In this document: piece by piece, positions 28,812 through 45,310 of the stretch | How the letters are laid out: every line of letters starts with the position of its first letter | Position numbering within the stretch: position 1 is the first letter of the stretch | NCBI GenBank assembly: GCA_964016885.1 | Contig: OZ024740.1 | Span: 234,422,001-234,486,000 of the forward strand | Direction: 5' to 3' | Source of the DNA: Eledone cirrhosa | Taxonomy: Eukaryota | Length of the DNA stretch: 64,000 bases | Position numbers and translations under genes: made by a program | Notes under the pieces: model-generated | What the model saw: only the letters and a program-made list of their open reading frames with translations | Databases searched by the model: none | What the model was told of the DNA's origin: nothing

Positions 28812-29507
28812 TTAAGAAAACACCCAGTACTGATAGAAACTGTATCGTCTGTACGATGACCCCTTAGATAAACTGTAAAACTAGAAATGTAGTCTATAGG
28901 ATAAGATGTACAGCGGGATGATGCAGAAACAAGACAACGACATACATAGGAGGGACTGCTTGTAGTGTAGACGAGGGATTAAAGGAACACTGACAAGAAT
29001 TTAGGGAGGAGAAAAGCTCATTAGTACTACACCAACATGCCATAATAGAACACGAGGCTTCAATAGATAACATAGAAATAAAGATCCTATCCACACACAG
29101 AACTGAAGCTATACTCAAACATATTACGAAGGCCACACACATAACAGAAGAAAGAAGTAGCCAGAACAGACTACACTAGCAGCAACTTAACGACTGAAGA
29201 CAGAATAGAGAAAAAAAACATAAACAACAAAACAACAAACGATACAAACCCCTACACAAAAAAAACACACATAGACACAAACACAAAAGCACATACACAG
29301 GTGCAAACGCATGCGCGGACACGAAACACGAAAAACGCACCACAAAACAAGGACAAGATGGAATAGAAGTTTTAGACCAGGAAAACCAGGCACAAAACAG
29401 ATAGTCATTGATGATGTTACAGAATGTGTGACGAAAGAACTTTCACAAAGGAATGAAGAACGAACAATAAAGATAAAAATAAAGTGAAAATGATATGGTG
29501 CGTGTGC

Positions 29508-29510
<3 letters not shown>
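28812..29510 (+). mobile_element. Degraded GIY-YIG and 3' UTR of the 62.6 kb PLE family; decayed HHR at 29403-29446
   Basis: NCKTRNVVYRIRCT..YIGGTA..HQHA..EH; TTGATGA-TGTTACA..TGTGAC-GAAAGAACTT. Confidence 0.8.
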
Positions 29511-29571
<61 letters not shown>

Positions 29572-29631
29572 AAAAGTGTCAGGACCACGACGGCTGAGCT
29601 CCGGCCGTTTTGACAGCTAGACCCGAACATT

Positions 29632-29727
<96 letters not shown>

Positions 29728-29732
29728 TGTGC

Positions 29733-31525
<1,793 letters not shown>

Positions 31526-31600
31526 CAGAAGAAAAAGGTCATCAACCATCTCGCCCAGATTTATGAGCTTGAAAATGACATTGTTAGGATAACTAACCAC

Positions 31601-31650
<50 letters not shown>

Positions 31651-31802
31651 TTCTCTCTACCTCTCATTATCTCTCTTTCTCTCACTCTCTCTCCGTCTCT
31701 CTCTCCCTCTCTCTCATGAACATTGGGAAACTCTACTTAAAGTATACATCGAATACATACATCGCGTTATACACGCTTCTATAACGTTATATACACATTA
31801 CT

Positions 31803-32342
31803 ATTGGCAGTATCAGTAGTGGGTCGGACGCCATGCTTTCCAGCATAGTTACGTCCCTTTACGATCTGAGTTCAAATCCCGCCGAGGTTGACTTTGCCTT
31901 TCATCCTTACGGGGTCGATAAAATAAAGTACCAGTAATGCACTGGGTAATTGCTGGCCTTGTGCCTAAAGTAGAAACAATTACTTTGTATATAGTACGTT
32001 GTGCTCAAATTATAATTGTTTCTACTTTTGGCACAAGGTCAGCAATTACCCCAGTGCATTACTGGTACTTTATTTTATCGACCCCGTAAGGATGAAAGGC
32101 AAAATTAACCTCGGCGGATGCTCAAATTATAATGTGTGTAATAAGGGCGATAGATTGGCAGTATCGCTAGAGCGTTGGGCAGCATACTTTGCGTCATATA
32201 GTTACGGCCCTTTAATTTCTGAATTCAAATCCTGCTGAGGTTAGCTTTGCCTTTCATCCTTACGGGGTCGATAAAATAAAGTACCAGTAATGCATAGTGG
32301 CCGATTTAATTACTGGCCTTATACCAAAAGTAGAATCAATTA
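31803..32342. mobile_element. Cluster of three SINE copies: 31803-31982 (+), 32017-32118 (-, truncated, 15-bp TSD TGCTCAAATTATAAT), 32153-32342 (+)
   Basis: Identity to the SINE at 28608-28791. Confidence 0.9.
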
Positions 32343-32410
32343 AATGTGTACGTGATACCCATAACATCTCCATAATATAGCACGTAATATGTAATCAGTA
32401 TATTTATTTA

Positions 32411-32600
32411 GGGCACCGTTGAAGGTGGACGCAGAAGGGGACGCCAACGCAAAAAATGGTTGGACAATGTCAAAGAATGGACGCAAATGACGACACCAGA
32501 TTTGTTGACGGCCGCCGTCGATAGACTATTTTGAGTGTGTGCTGCTTCTGCAGTAGGATCCCCCCCGACGACTACAGAAGTCAAGGGACTGATGATGATA
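32411..32600 (+). mobile_element. RTE LINE extreme 3' fragment
   Basis: GTVEGGRRRGRQRKKWLDNVKEWT and a (TGA)n tail. Confidence 0.75.
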
Positions 32601-33399
32601 TTTATTTAGAAATGTTAAAAAAAAACTAGCTTTAAAACATATGAAGAATGACACGCTCCATTACAAAAGTATCGTTTTAGAAATATTTTTTTGCCTTGTA
32701 AATAGTCTGGTCAGTATAGGAAATATTATTTCTCCCTAAACACACGACACGTCTGACCTTTTACTTAAAAATGCAACAAACACTTGTTTGTGCATGTCAT
32801 AGTATGTGATGTGTGTGTGTTGTGCGTGTGTTGCATATGTGTGTGTGTGTGTATTTAGTGTACTTTACTTCTTTAGTTTATTTTGCCACACTGGAATACC
32901 GACCTCTTATCCCACACACTCACATATACGCATTTACACACGTATGTGTATATGTATATATAATGTTTATGCTTATGTATATATGTATATATACACACAC
33001 ATACACACACAAAGAGAGAGTGAGAGAGTGAGAGAGAGAGAGAGTGAGAGAGAGAGAGAGAGACGCATATATAAATAGCTGGCTGTCATTGCTACTGTTT
33101 GATTGGTTAATAAATGGGCATTTAGCTGCTGTTTATTGATGCAGCCCAGCTAATAATAACCTAGATGCAGTTTACATTGTAACTAGCTGACTAGATATGC
33201 ACATTCACAGTTGCCAGGTTCTATCGTAACCAGCGTACCGCTTCACTTTATCAATACGACGTTTTCAACCAGCAATAACCACGCCTCGAATTTAACTCCA
33301 AAGAACAAAACATTGGATGACGCAGTCCTAGATACATTATGCCCGGCTTTGGTCATACACTTCTCACAGCTGATCAGGGGCTAAACAACGGCAATCGCT

Positions 33400-33622
33400 T
33401 CTAACGTAGGCACAAGACTAGATATTTGTATGGGGAGGGGGAAATGGAACTGTGCATTGTATATACCTTAGTATTTTAATGGTACTTTATTATTTTATCG
33501 ATCCATGGAAAGATGAAAAGCAAAGCCGACCATGATTGGATATGAATTGAGTAGATTAAGGTCTGTAGTCAAATACTGCAAAGCATTTCGGCCGACACTC
33601 TAACGATTCTGCTCACTCACCA
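33400..33622 (-). mobile_element. Diverged older SINE relative; a second copy at about 34178-34378
   Basis: GGTACTTTA..TTTTATCGA..GATGAAAAGCAAAG..CTCTAACGATTCTGC. Confidence 0.65.
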
Positions 33623-34576
33623 ACATAACTATGGACAAACCATAAACCATCCCTATATGCATGAGATAAAATTATACACAAGAGGGGCATGCCAACTGGG
33701 GTACCACTAAAACAATTCCCATAATGTGATATAAGAATTTTTTAAAACTATAGAACAGAAAAAAAGGGAAATGGTATCAAATGTAGACTACGCTACAACC
33801 AAAATATACAATCGAGCTCTTCACAATTTAGTTGTCCACTTCTCAGAAAGACGGAATATATCTTGATAATTTCAACCGATTGAAACATTTCTAGCTCTGC
33901 AGAAGTCATTTCCATCTTAAATGAGTTATATATACCTCTCTGTGGGTAGCAACATCTAGTGGATAATGTCTATCCATTATCTCAACAAACCTGAAAATAA
34001 ATCGCATTATGATGTTTACGAAAAAACAATTAAAAACTAACTCCTTATGTCACAATAAGCTCGCCACGATAACTAGGACATGTCTGGTTATCTACATTCA
34101 ACAAAGAGGTTAACGCAAACATCGCATCAAATTCAGATATGCAAATTCATGTATTAGTCTTCTTTTGATAATATTATCTAACGTAGACACTAGGCTACAA
34201 ATTTAAGGAAAGGGGTTAGTCGATTTAAATCGATCCTAGTTCGTGACTGCTACTGTAATTTATTGGCCCCTGTAAGTAGGTTGAAAGGCAAAATTGACTT
34301 CGGCAGGATTTCAGCTCAGAAGCTAAAGAGTCAGGAGTATTTTGTCCGACGTTCTACTGATTCCGTCGATTCACCGTTCTTATAGTAATGAGTAGTGTTA
34401 TTCGTCACATAATAGGTAAATTTAGTAACATACGTGGGTAACAGCAAGGAAATAGATATAAATCTATAAATGTATTGATAAAAATAAGTGTAGATCCTTC
34501 ATCTGTGGAAATATAAACATACGATAAATAGTGTACATATACAGTACATAACCGATACTACTTGAATGTTTATATA

Positions 34577-35461
34577 TCTAATATATATTTGTGAAATGGG
34601 TGGTGGTTGAAATTCAGATGTGCACGGTTAAATGGTAGTAGACGTGGTCGGACGGACATGAAAATTTACACACCTATGTAAAAAGTTCCAAGGAAGCAAA
34701 TAGATGAGGTTTCAAATCTCTAACTTGAAAAATGTGGTCCCTTGGGGTCCCCAAACGGTCTATTTACTATCGCGTTCGGTGAGTTATTTCCCCCTGTTCT
34801 AATACTTGGATGAGTTATTTACAATTTCATACACATTTTTAAACTCATCAACGTTCTTTCGCTGTTAACATACAGTACCAATAATTTGAAAAATATTATT
34901 GAAAGTTTATTATAAAGAAGCAGTTTCAGGGAAAAAAATAGAAATATGCACTTGGGGCTGGACGGCGTACAATGAGAAGTGGAGCGACGTGAAAAGCGTT
35001 GTTTATTAACAGCGAAATAGCAATGTCGATGATATGCAAGTTTGAAAATGCAGATTAATAAACTGTTGTCTTCTACAGTACGTTTCATTTTCACAGTACC
35101 GTTTTATGAAATCGATTCTGCAGTACGGTCACTGTTTTCCGTCAAAAGAAATAAAACCCTTAAATTGCCAAGAAGGGACGCGTGTTTTTATTTTAATTCT
35201 AATACATGTTAACCACCACTAACAGTAAGTAGTTTTTTTCAAATTGCATATCATTGACATTGCTATTTCGCTGTTAATAAACAACGCTTTTCACGTCGCT
35301 CCACTTCTCGTTGTACGTTGTCCAGCCCCAAGTGCATATTTCTATTTTTTTCCTGAAACTGCTTCTTTATAATAAACTTTATATATATATATTGTATAAT
35401 ATTTTTTAAATTATTAACTTAATCAAAAGTGGCCCCGGGTGCAACCGGACTCAGCTGCTAG
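34577..35461 (+). mobile_element. Non-autonomous Helitron-like element with internal inverted repeat
   Basis: 5' TC; 3' CCGG gtgcaa CCGG hairpin 10 nt before CTAG|T; internal arms 34902-35048/35236-35380; 5' limit uncertain. Confidence 0.6.
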
Positions 35462-35759
35462 TATATATATATATATATAGAAGTAGGAACACATCAGTTA
35501 GTTCACCATACCGCGAACAAATGTTTATATATATATATATTGTATAATAGTTTTTTTAACAATGATAACAAAACTTTTGTTATCATTGTTAAAAAACTAT
35601 TGTTAAAAAAACTATTATATAATATATCTAAAAGATTGACTCAGCAAAATACAAGCCAATGATTTACGTACCTAATATCAAATGGATTTCACTGAATAAC
35701 ATCCTGGCGGATTACATTGAGTTCTAACTACGGTATAGACCCTAATGCGAAAGGTAGTA

Positions 35760-35848
<89 letters not shown>

Positions 35849-35850
35849 TA

Positions 35851-36084
35851 TTTATTAAAATAACAGATTAAAGTTTAAGCAAAGAATCGGTGCTTTCACC
35901 CTTAACGGGATCTTCTGAAACTGGTTAGTTTCAGAAGATCCCGTTAAGGGTTAAAGCAGCGATTCTTTGCTTAAACTTTAATCTGTTATTTTAATAAATA
36001 TTTGCTCTACGGTTCTTATATATTTGATATATATTTATCCTTATCGAGCCCTCTTTGGATTTTAGTCTTCAAATTTATTATTAT

Positions 36085-36089
<5 letters not shown>
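35851..36089. mobile_element. Miniature fold-back derivative of the 21624-24416 PLE in (TA)n
   Basis: Arms 35851-35922/35927-35998 plus the same 91-nt tail. Confidence 0.9.
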
Positions 36090-37820
<1,731 letters not shown>

Positions 37821-38099
37821 GCCACTATGTAAAATGTATAAATATATTAATAAAAAAGAATAAAATAAATAAATAAATTCACTACGCCATATATTTGACC
37901 AAATGATTAATGATATTTTTTCCGCCACGCTCAAATACTACAAATAAAGTATTTATTAAATAAAATAGAGATTTGAGAAAAAAAGTGGGGCGGTGAATAA
38001 GGAATTTGAGAAAAGGAAATATATGTTCATATATGTCTATTTCATTATCCAACGAAGAAAGAGGTATTCTCTAACTGACACATGTGAGTCGGGTAACCT

Positions 38100-39460
38100 G
38101 GATCTCTGGAAAGGCCCCTCAGCAATGGCAATCAGGAGTGCTAATCACAAAAAGGTAAACAAGAGAGATTTTTCCAATTACAGAGGAAACTTCTTGTTGA
38201 GCCTCCCCAGTAAAGTCTATGCTAAGTGTCTGGCAAATAGATACCGGGAGATTGTTGAGTCCAAGCTAGCTGATGAAGTGTGCTGGTTTCGCCCTGGACG
38301 CAACACTGCGGCAGGTCTTCGAGAAATCATGGGAGTATTGCCAAGAGGAATATTCTTGTTTTGTAGACCTTGAAAACGCATATAACCACGTTCGTGGGGG
38401 CTCGATGTATAAAGTTCTGTATGGGATCTATGGTCAGTTTCTAGTTACCCTGATGTCTCTATACGAATGTCTGAGTATTTGTGTTGGGATAAATGGTGAT
38501 AAATCGAAACCATTCAATATGGCAGTCGGACTCCGCCAAGGGTGGTGCGTATTTTCATATCTGTTCATTATGTTCATGAACAGGATTGACATGCACAGTC
38601 GGATTCGAAATGGTATCATGTCTGGCAGGTGTAAGACCAGTCGGTTGAAATTTGCAGACGACATAGTATTACTTAACTCGACAGAAGGTGATCTCCGACA
38701 TGCACTTGATAGGCTTGATGTCATATGCTGCATGGCTGGAATGAAAGTCAGTGCTGCGAAAACTGAGACACTCGTCCCCCCAAGGAAGCCAGCGCAGTGC
38801 ACTCTACTTGTAAATGGAGTTCCACTGAAGCAGGTAGAGTTCCAGTATCTCAGGGCTGTGTTCACGAATGATGGAAGGCATGAAGCTGAATTAAGTGCAA
38901 GAATTACAGGAGCTGGTGCAGTAATGCGCCATCTTCAACATTCGGTAATCAGAAGAAGGGAGGTCGGTGTAAAAGCTAAACTCGCTATCTTCAATTCGGT
39001 ATTCATGCCAAACCTTACTTATGGTCATGAATCTTGAGTAATGACCGAAATAATACGATCGCGAATACAAGTGGCTAAAATGGGGTTCCTCCAAAGGGTC
39101 TTTGGAGTAATTTTACTCGATAAAGTGTGTTGTTTCCGCGATCAGAAAGTCACTGTAGGTAGAAGCGCTACTTCTCTGAATTGAGGGATCAGAGCTCCGG
39201 TACTATAGACATGTGGTTAGAATGTTTCAGTAAGAATAGCTGGACATATTTTACGGGCGAAACCAAACAGCAGGAGATCCAGGGGTAGACCGAGAGCAAG
39301 ATGGCTCGATAACAACCATGAGCTTGGCTGGTCTCGCTTGGGGATCAAGCCGGATCAGTTGGAGATGGTTGCTTCTGACAGGACTTGCTGGAATGGAATA
39401 TTTGAGAATTCTGCTCCCACGACCCTCTCAGGAATAAGTGGGCGAAGAAGGAGAGAAGAA
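38100..39460 (+). mobile_element. RTE-clade (Rex3/Expander-like) LINE RT to 3' end, degraded
   Basis: NYRGNFLLSLPSKVYAK, CFVDLENAY, GLRQG, FADDIVL, LTYGHES. Confidence 0.88.
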
Positions 39461-39691
39461 CGAAGAAAGAGTGAAAATAAAACTTAACTTCGTACAAATG
39501 CTGTAAATACATGATAGTTACTTGCGTATGTGTACGCGGGTACGTAATTTCTCACATCAGCATTCGTTCGTCTCTCTATCTCTCTTACTATTTACTAGCC
39601 ACTTCAGTCAGTACATGTATACGCCTTCATTTTTTATGTCAAATTTATCTCTATTCCTCTTTTATACCTCTCACTCTCTCTCCCCTCTCTC

Positions 39692-39749
<58 letters not shown>

Positions 39750-40057
39750 CTTCCTTCTCTCTTTCCTCTCTATCATGCTGTTAATAAGGTCTAGGGCTTA
39801 CACCCGACCACCTTATTGACTTCTTCCTCTCTCCTCTTGGTTACTGCTACTGTCCGGTGTTTCCCCCTCTCTATCAGTATGTTTTCTTTTTTCTTCTGTT
39901 TATTTTCTTTCTCTTCACTATCGTCTCATTTTTGTGTATTTTTTCTCTAACAACTTCCTGGGGTTATTAACGTACTTTAATGCGTCAAAACATCCGAGAC
40001 CCACAGCAGACAACTGAAGAGGTGAATTGTCTTATGTTTCCCTTACATTTCTAAACA

Positions 40058-40140
<83 letters not shown>

Positions 40141-40143
<3 letters not shown>

Positions 40144-40483
40144 TGTGGGATGCTTAAAAGCGTCCGCATGCGGTAGGCCCTTTGAACACTCGATGTTCTT
40201 ATAGAGCAGAGTATAATATCATAAGAAACGAAGTATCAGTGGTTCGACGAATTAGAATTTATTAGACATATTACAATCGTTTCTCTGGCGACCAGTTCGA
40301 GGTTCGATCTATGCGAGGATCGTCTTTATCTCTCGAGGGATAAAGGCGTATCTGAAGAACTTACGATTTCAGAGTCAGGTTCGATCCTCGCATCGATTGT
40401 ACCTCGAGCTGGTCGCGAGAGAAACGATTGTAATATATCTAATAAATTCTAATTCGTCGCACCACTGATTCTCCGTTTCCTAT

Positions 40484-40490
<7 letters not shown>
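40141..40490. mobile_element. Fold-back cassette in (TA)n with HHR at 40348-40436 (+)
   Basis: Arms about 40216-40322/40382-40490; GTAT-CTGAAGA..GAAAC gatt GTA-ATAT, then AATAAA. Confidence 0.75.
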
Positions 40491-40545
<55 letters not shown>

Positions 40546-40548
<3 letters not shown>

Positions 40549-43235
40549 GATAACAAAATATCGTTATAGGTAATCCAGTTAGAGGTTGTGAATACGTCTT
40601 ATTATGGATAGCGTACGGCATTGTTTGACTCAACAAGAGATTTACGTAGGTGTCGAGTTTATGATTTCACTTGTAAGTTTATCTTGGAGTAATAACATTG
40701 AAAAAGTGAAGAATAATATGGTCAAGAGTACAAAAAAGGGATTTATTTACAGTCTGACAATTGTTTCACTGATTAAGTTGTCTAAAAATTGCTGAACAAT
40801 TGGAACACTGCCACCCAATTTCAAATACTATGTTAGCTTAACCAGATCATCGGAGATAACTGCTATATTATCGGTAATTTTACAAATTCAAATTACAGCA
40901 TCATTAATAATATTAATAATAAAGATAGAGAGAGAAAAAAGAAAGAGTGATAGAGAAAAGAAAGAAAGAAAAAGAAAAAGAAGAAAGGAAAACAGAGAAA
41001 GATATAGAGAGAAAGAAAGACAACTTAATCAGTGAAACAATTGTCAGACTGTATATAAATCCCTTTTTTGTACTGTTGACCATGTTATTCTTCATTTTTT
41101 CAATTTTATTACTCCAAGATAAACTTACATAGGAATACAAGTGAAATCATAAACTCACCACGTACGTAAACCTCTTGTTGAGTCAAACAACGCCGTACGC
41201 TAAAACTATCCATAATACGAAGTATTCCCAACCTCTAACTGGATTATCTATAACGATATTTTGTTATCCCTTGTACTAAGCTCCCATTAGGTTGAGCAAA
41301 TAATTTAACGCACGGCACTAACATAGGAATGTCCTTAAAAAACATACCTATACCTACAAACAAGGAATATACGCTCGGTATGATACAAAGAACTAATGAC
41401 TTTATCCGTAGAATCCGATGGAAAGCATATCATTACGATAAAGGACATAATAATAATGATAGAAATTATGGATCTACCAGTGAAAAAATATGAGTTCAGA
41501 TCCTGTAAAAATCCACCGAACAAGCCACAACTTGATGCCTTTGAACTTGACTTAATGAACATGATAAAGGAAACTAAATTCAAAAAAACGAACGCATCAT
41601 AACAAGCTGCAAAATAATATCAATGCACTACTAAAAAAAATTACGTAACACCAACGGTATTATAGTAAAGGCAGTCAAAACATCAAACGTACACACCATG
41701 AGCCTTAATACATACAACAACTTTATACGCCGGGAATTACATAAAAATACAAGAAAACTACAGTCTACACTCAATAACATTAACAAGGAAGGACTTAACA
41801 TAGTAAAAAAACTTAAAATATCTGATAGAACCGAACCTCTAACCCCTTGTAAAACCACTTTTAATCTGAAGGATCATAAATGCAACTTCGAAACTGACCC
41901 TACTATTAGATTAATATGGCCATCAAAATCAGATATAGGCAAAATTAGCAAGTTTATACTAGATAGAATAATACCACAAATTAAAGAAAAACTAATAATT
42001 AAGCTCTGGAGTAACACTAATGAAGCAATAGATTGGTTTAATAAATTAGACAATAGAGAATCTTCTGACTTCATACAATTTGACATTGATGACTACTACT
42101 CTTCTATTTCCCCAGTAACCGTAAATAAGGCACTATCCTCTGCACACAAAAACTCTGACCCATCACCAGAGGAAATTAAAATAATACTAGCTGCTAGAAG
42201 AACAATCATTAGGTTCGACAATAGTTACTGGGAAAGAAAAAATAGACAAAATAACTTTGATATAACTATGGTATCGAATGATTCAGCCCAAGTAACGGAC
42301 ATTGTCGGAATATATATAGCACATATCTTACATAAGGAATTTGATAACCTACAAGGAGGAATTTATAGAGACGATACATTACTTTTAACTAAAAACCTAA
42401 ATAATCAAAACTTAGAAAGATTACGGAAAAGGATTAGAACATTCTTTAATAAATGAGGCCTTAACATCACTTTTGAACTCAACTCTAAAAAAGCTAACTT
42501 CTTAGATATATCGCTTAACCTAAACACTGGACTAATAGAACCCTTCCATAAAAATAATTAAAATTTAGCTTACATTAATTATAACTCTAATCACCCTCGA
42601 TCCATAATTAACCCCATAACACATAGTATATCCCTTAGAATCTCGCGCTTATCTTCTAATCTAGAGATTTTTAACGAACACGCTAACTACTACAACATAG
42701 CTTTACTTAAGGCAGGCCATAAAGAGAGACTCAAATACATACCAGATACAAAAAATAACAATACACTTAATAGAAATAACACTATCCACACCTATAGAAG
42801 CAACAAATCTAGGACTAAACATAGAAATTGGCAACAAGCACGAGAATTAATGGAACAGAATACTAATATAAAGACCACTAGAAACTATAGAAGATGCAGA
42901 GATAGAAAGTACTTATGGTTCAATCCAATATTTAACTCCTGTATAAAAACAAAACTACCTTCCACTTTCATCAAATTTGTTGACAAACACTTCCCTAAAA
43001 TTCATAAATATCATAAAATCTTTAATAGAAAAACCATCAAACTATCATACTCCACTGCCAACAACATAGAATCGCACATACATAAAATTAACTATAAGAG
43101 AATTTATAATACAAGTAGTCCGCAAATAAGTACCATAACAGCAAATACAAAACACAAGCATATAACATCATCACAACCAAACACACGCCAGAACACATCA
43201 CCACAATAAATCAACAAACCCAATTCTCAGCCCAT
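40546..43235 (+). mobile_element. 5' part of a PLE: inverted pLTR, partial direct pLTR, N-terminal and RT coding region with stops
   Basis: Arms 40546-40783/41017-41271; LKDHK..PTIRLI..KSDIGKISK, FIQFDIDDYYSSI, GIYRDDTL, WFNP..HKYHKIFNRKTIKLSYS. Confidence 0.9.
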
Positions 43236-43239
43236 ACAT

Positions 43240-44970
43240 AACAACATACAAAACCATATCGAGGAACCGGCACATGTGAAATAAGTGAGGGTATCCTTGA
43301 GACTGTTATACGAAAACTCCAAGATAAGAAAACACCAGGAAGAGACATGATTGTCAGCTACTGGTACAGAAAACTGATATTCTATCGGAGGTATCTTACC
43401 CACCTCTACCAACAAGTTCTTAAGGGAGATACACTTATACCAGAATGGTTGACATTAGCACAAATATTATTGGTCCCTAAGAACAAAGATACCCACTTGG
43501 CAGAAAACTACCGACCCATTGCATGCCAGAAACTGATGCATAAGATGTATACAGCCTGCCAAAACCTATTCCTCCAAGATCACTGTGAAAATAATTGTTT
43601 CTACTTTAGGCACAAGGCCAACAATTACCCAGTGCATTACTGGTACTTTATTTTATCGACCCCGTAAGGATGAAAGGCAAAGTCAACCTCGGCGGGATTT
43701 GAACTCAGATCGTAAAGGGACGTAACTATGCTGGAAAGCATGGCGTCCGACCCTCTACCGATACTGCCAATCCACGTGAAAATAATAACATCATCACAGA
43801 TGAACAAGCAGCTGGAAAGAAAAGGGTTTGGGGATGTGCTGAACAACTCCTAATCAACAAAACTGCGATGTCGGAGGTGCGACAACTTAGGAGTAATATG
43901 ACTACAGTCTGGCTGGACTACAGGAAAGCTTTCGATTCTGTTCCCCACTCTTGGATGATAGAGGCCCTCCGACTTGCTAAAGTCCCAGACATTATTATCA
44001 GAGCCATAAAGAAGCTGTCTTCTTTTTGGGCTACTATCCTAAAGTTAAAGACAGAGAAGGAGGACTATATTTTCACTGAGAAAACCGAATATCACAGGGG
44101 TATATTTCAGGGAGACAGTCTCTCTGTTGATATTATTCATCCTGTCATTAAACCCCTTGTCCTTTCTGCTCAAGGAATGTGAAGGATACATCATTAGTTC
44201 ACAGGAAGACAGAAATACGAACCTAACCCATAATTTCTTTGTGGATGATCTGAAACTCTATGCCAAGAACATGGATGGGATGAAGAAATATCTTGACCTG
44301 GTTGCAACATTCTCAAAGGATATAGGAATGGAGTTTGGCCACGATAAATGCTCATATATGAATGTAAAGCGGGGAAAAACAATAACCCAATCTAGCAACA
44401 TTTGTATCAATGGCCTAACTGTTTCACTAATATCTGATGAGGACTGCTACAGATACCTGGAGATAGATGAGAACATATCCTATAATGGTATCTGTAATAA
44501 GGAACGCGTAACCATGGAATACTACATCCGATTAAGAAAGATATGGTCATTGGAACTCTCTTCGCAAAACAAAACAGTGGCTCACAATGTGTTTGCTGTG
44601 TCTGTCCTAACACCAACTTTTGGTATACTCAATTGGACGATAGACGAAATCCGAGCGATTGATGTTAGAACTCGAAAAATACTAAACAACACCAGGAACT
44701 TCCACATCAACAGTGACATAGACCGCCTTTACTTGAAACGTAAGCAGGGAGGCAGAGGCCTAACATCAGTCCAGACAACATTTGAATGTCGCATCATATC
44801 CCTCCGACAACATCTACGAACCTCAAAGCGTAGGCGACCGTCTCTCGATCAAGTCTATCTGGATGAAACAGATAAGATCATGAGAGTTTGGAAGGAACTC
44901 CTCGAGAGGTATTCCCTGTGTGATAATCAAAAACTCACACCCAGGGAAGTTGCTCAGCAGTATCGCAGTG
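43240..44970 (+). mobile_element. R4/Dong-like retrotransposon RT region, interrupted by a SINE and cut by the gap
   Basis: ENYRPIAC, WLDYRKAFDSVPHSW, RGIFQGDSLS, HNFFVDDLKLY, RLYLKRKQGGRGL. Confidence 0.88.
43596..43775 (-). mobile_element. SINE with 11-bp TSD GTGAAAATAAT
   Basis: TSD at 43585-43595 and 43776-43786. Confidence 0.92.
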
Positions 44971-45170
44971 NNNNNNNNNNNNNNNNNNNNNNNNNNNNNN
45001 NNNNNNNNNNNNNNNNNNNNNNNNNNNNNNNNNNNNNNNNNNNNNNNNNNNNNNNNNNNNNNNNNNNNNNNNNNNNNNNNNNNNNNNNNNNNNNNNNNNN
45101 NNNNNNNNNNNNNNNNNNNNNNNNNNNNNNNNNNNNNNNNNNNNNNNNNNNNNNNNNNNNNNNNNNNNNN
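44971..45170. other. Assembly gap (200 N)
   Basis: Run of n. Confidence 1.
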
Positions 45171-45310
45171 AGAAATGGGGGATAATGAAGGAATACAGAA
45201 GGAGTTGGGAGGAAAATATAGTGTGTTAATCTGTGACACGTGACAGATGGGTTCCTATTTTATATTTCTTTATTTATAGTGTCAGCTGTTCTGTTGTTAT
45301 ATCGTGTTCG

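Noticed and set aside
28915-28995. In-frame TGA codons in a Naiad-like fragment as possible selenocysteine
   Set aside because: They align to Gln and Trp in the intact 62.6 kb ORF and the copy is degraded; ordinary nonsense mutations
32585-32600. CTGATGA as a possible hammerhead core
   Set aside because: It is the (TGA)n tail of an RTE fragment, with no stem II or GAAA partner
33075-33400. Non-repetitive-looking stretch as possible host regulatory or exon sequence (likewise about 50850-51800)
   Set aside because: No ORF, splice pattern or homology that can be supported from sequence alone
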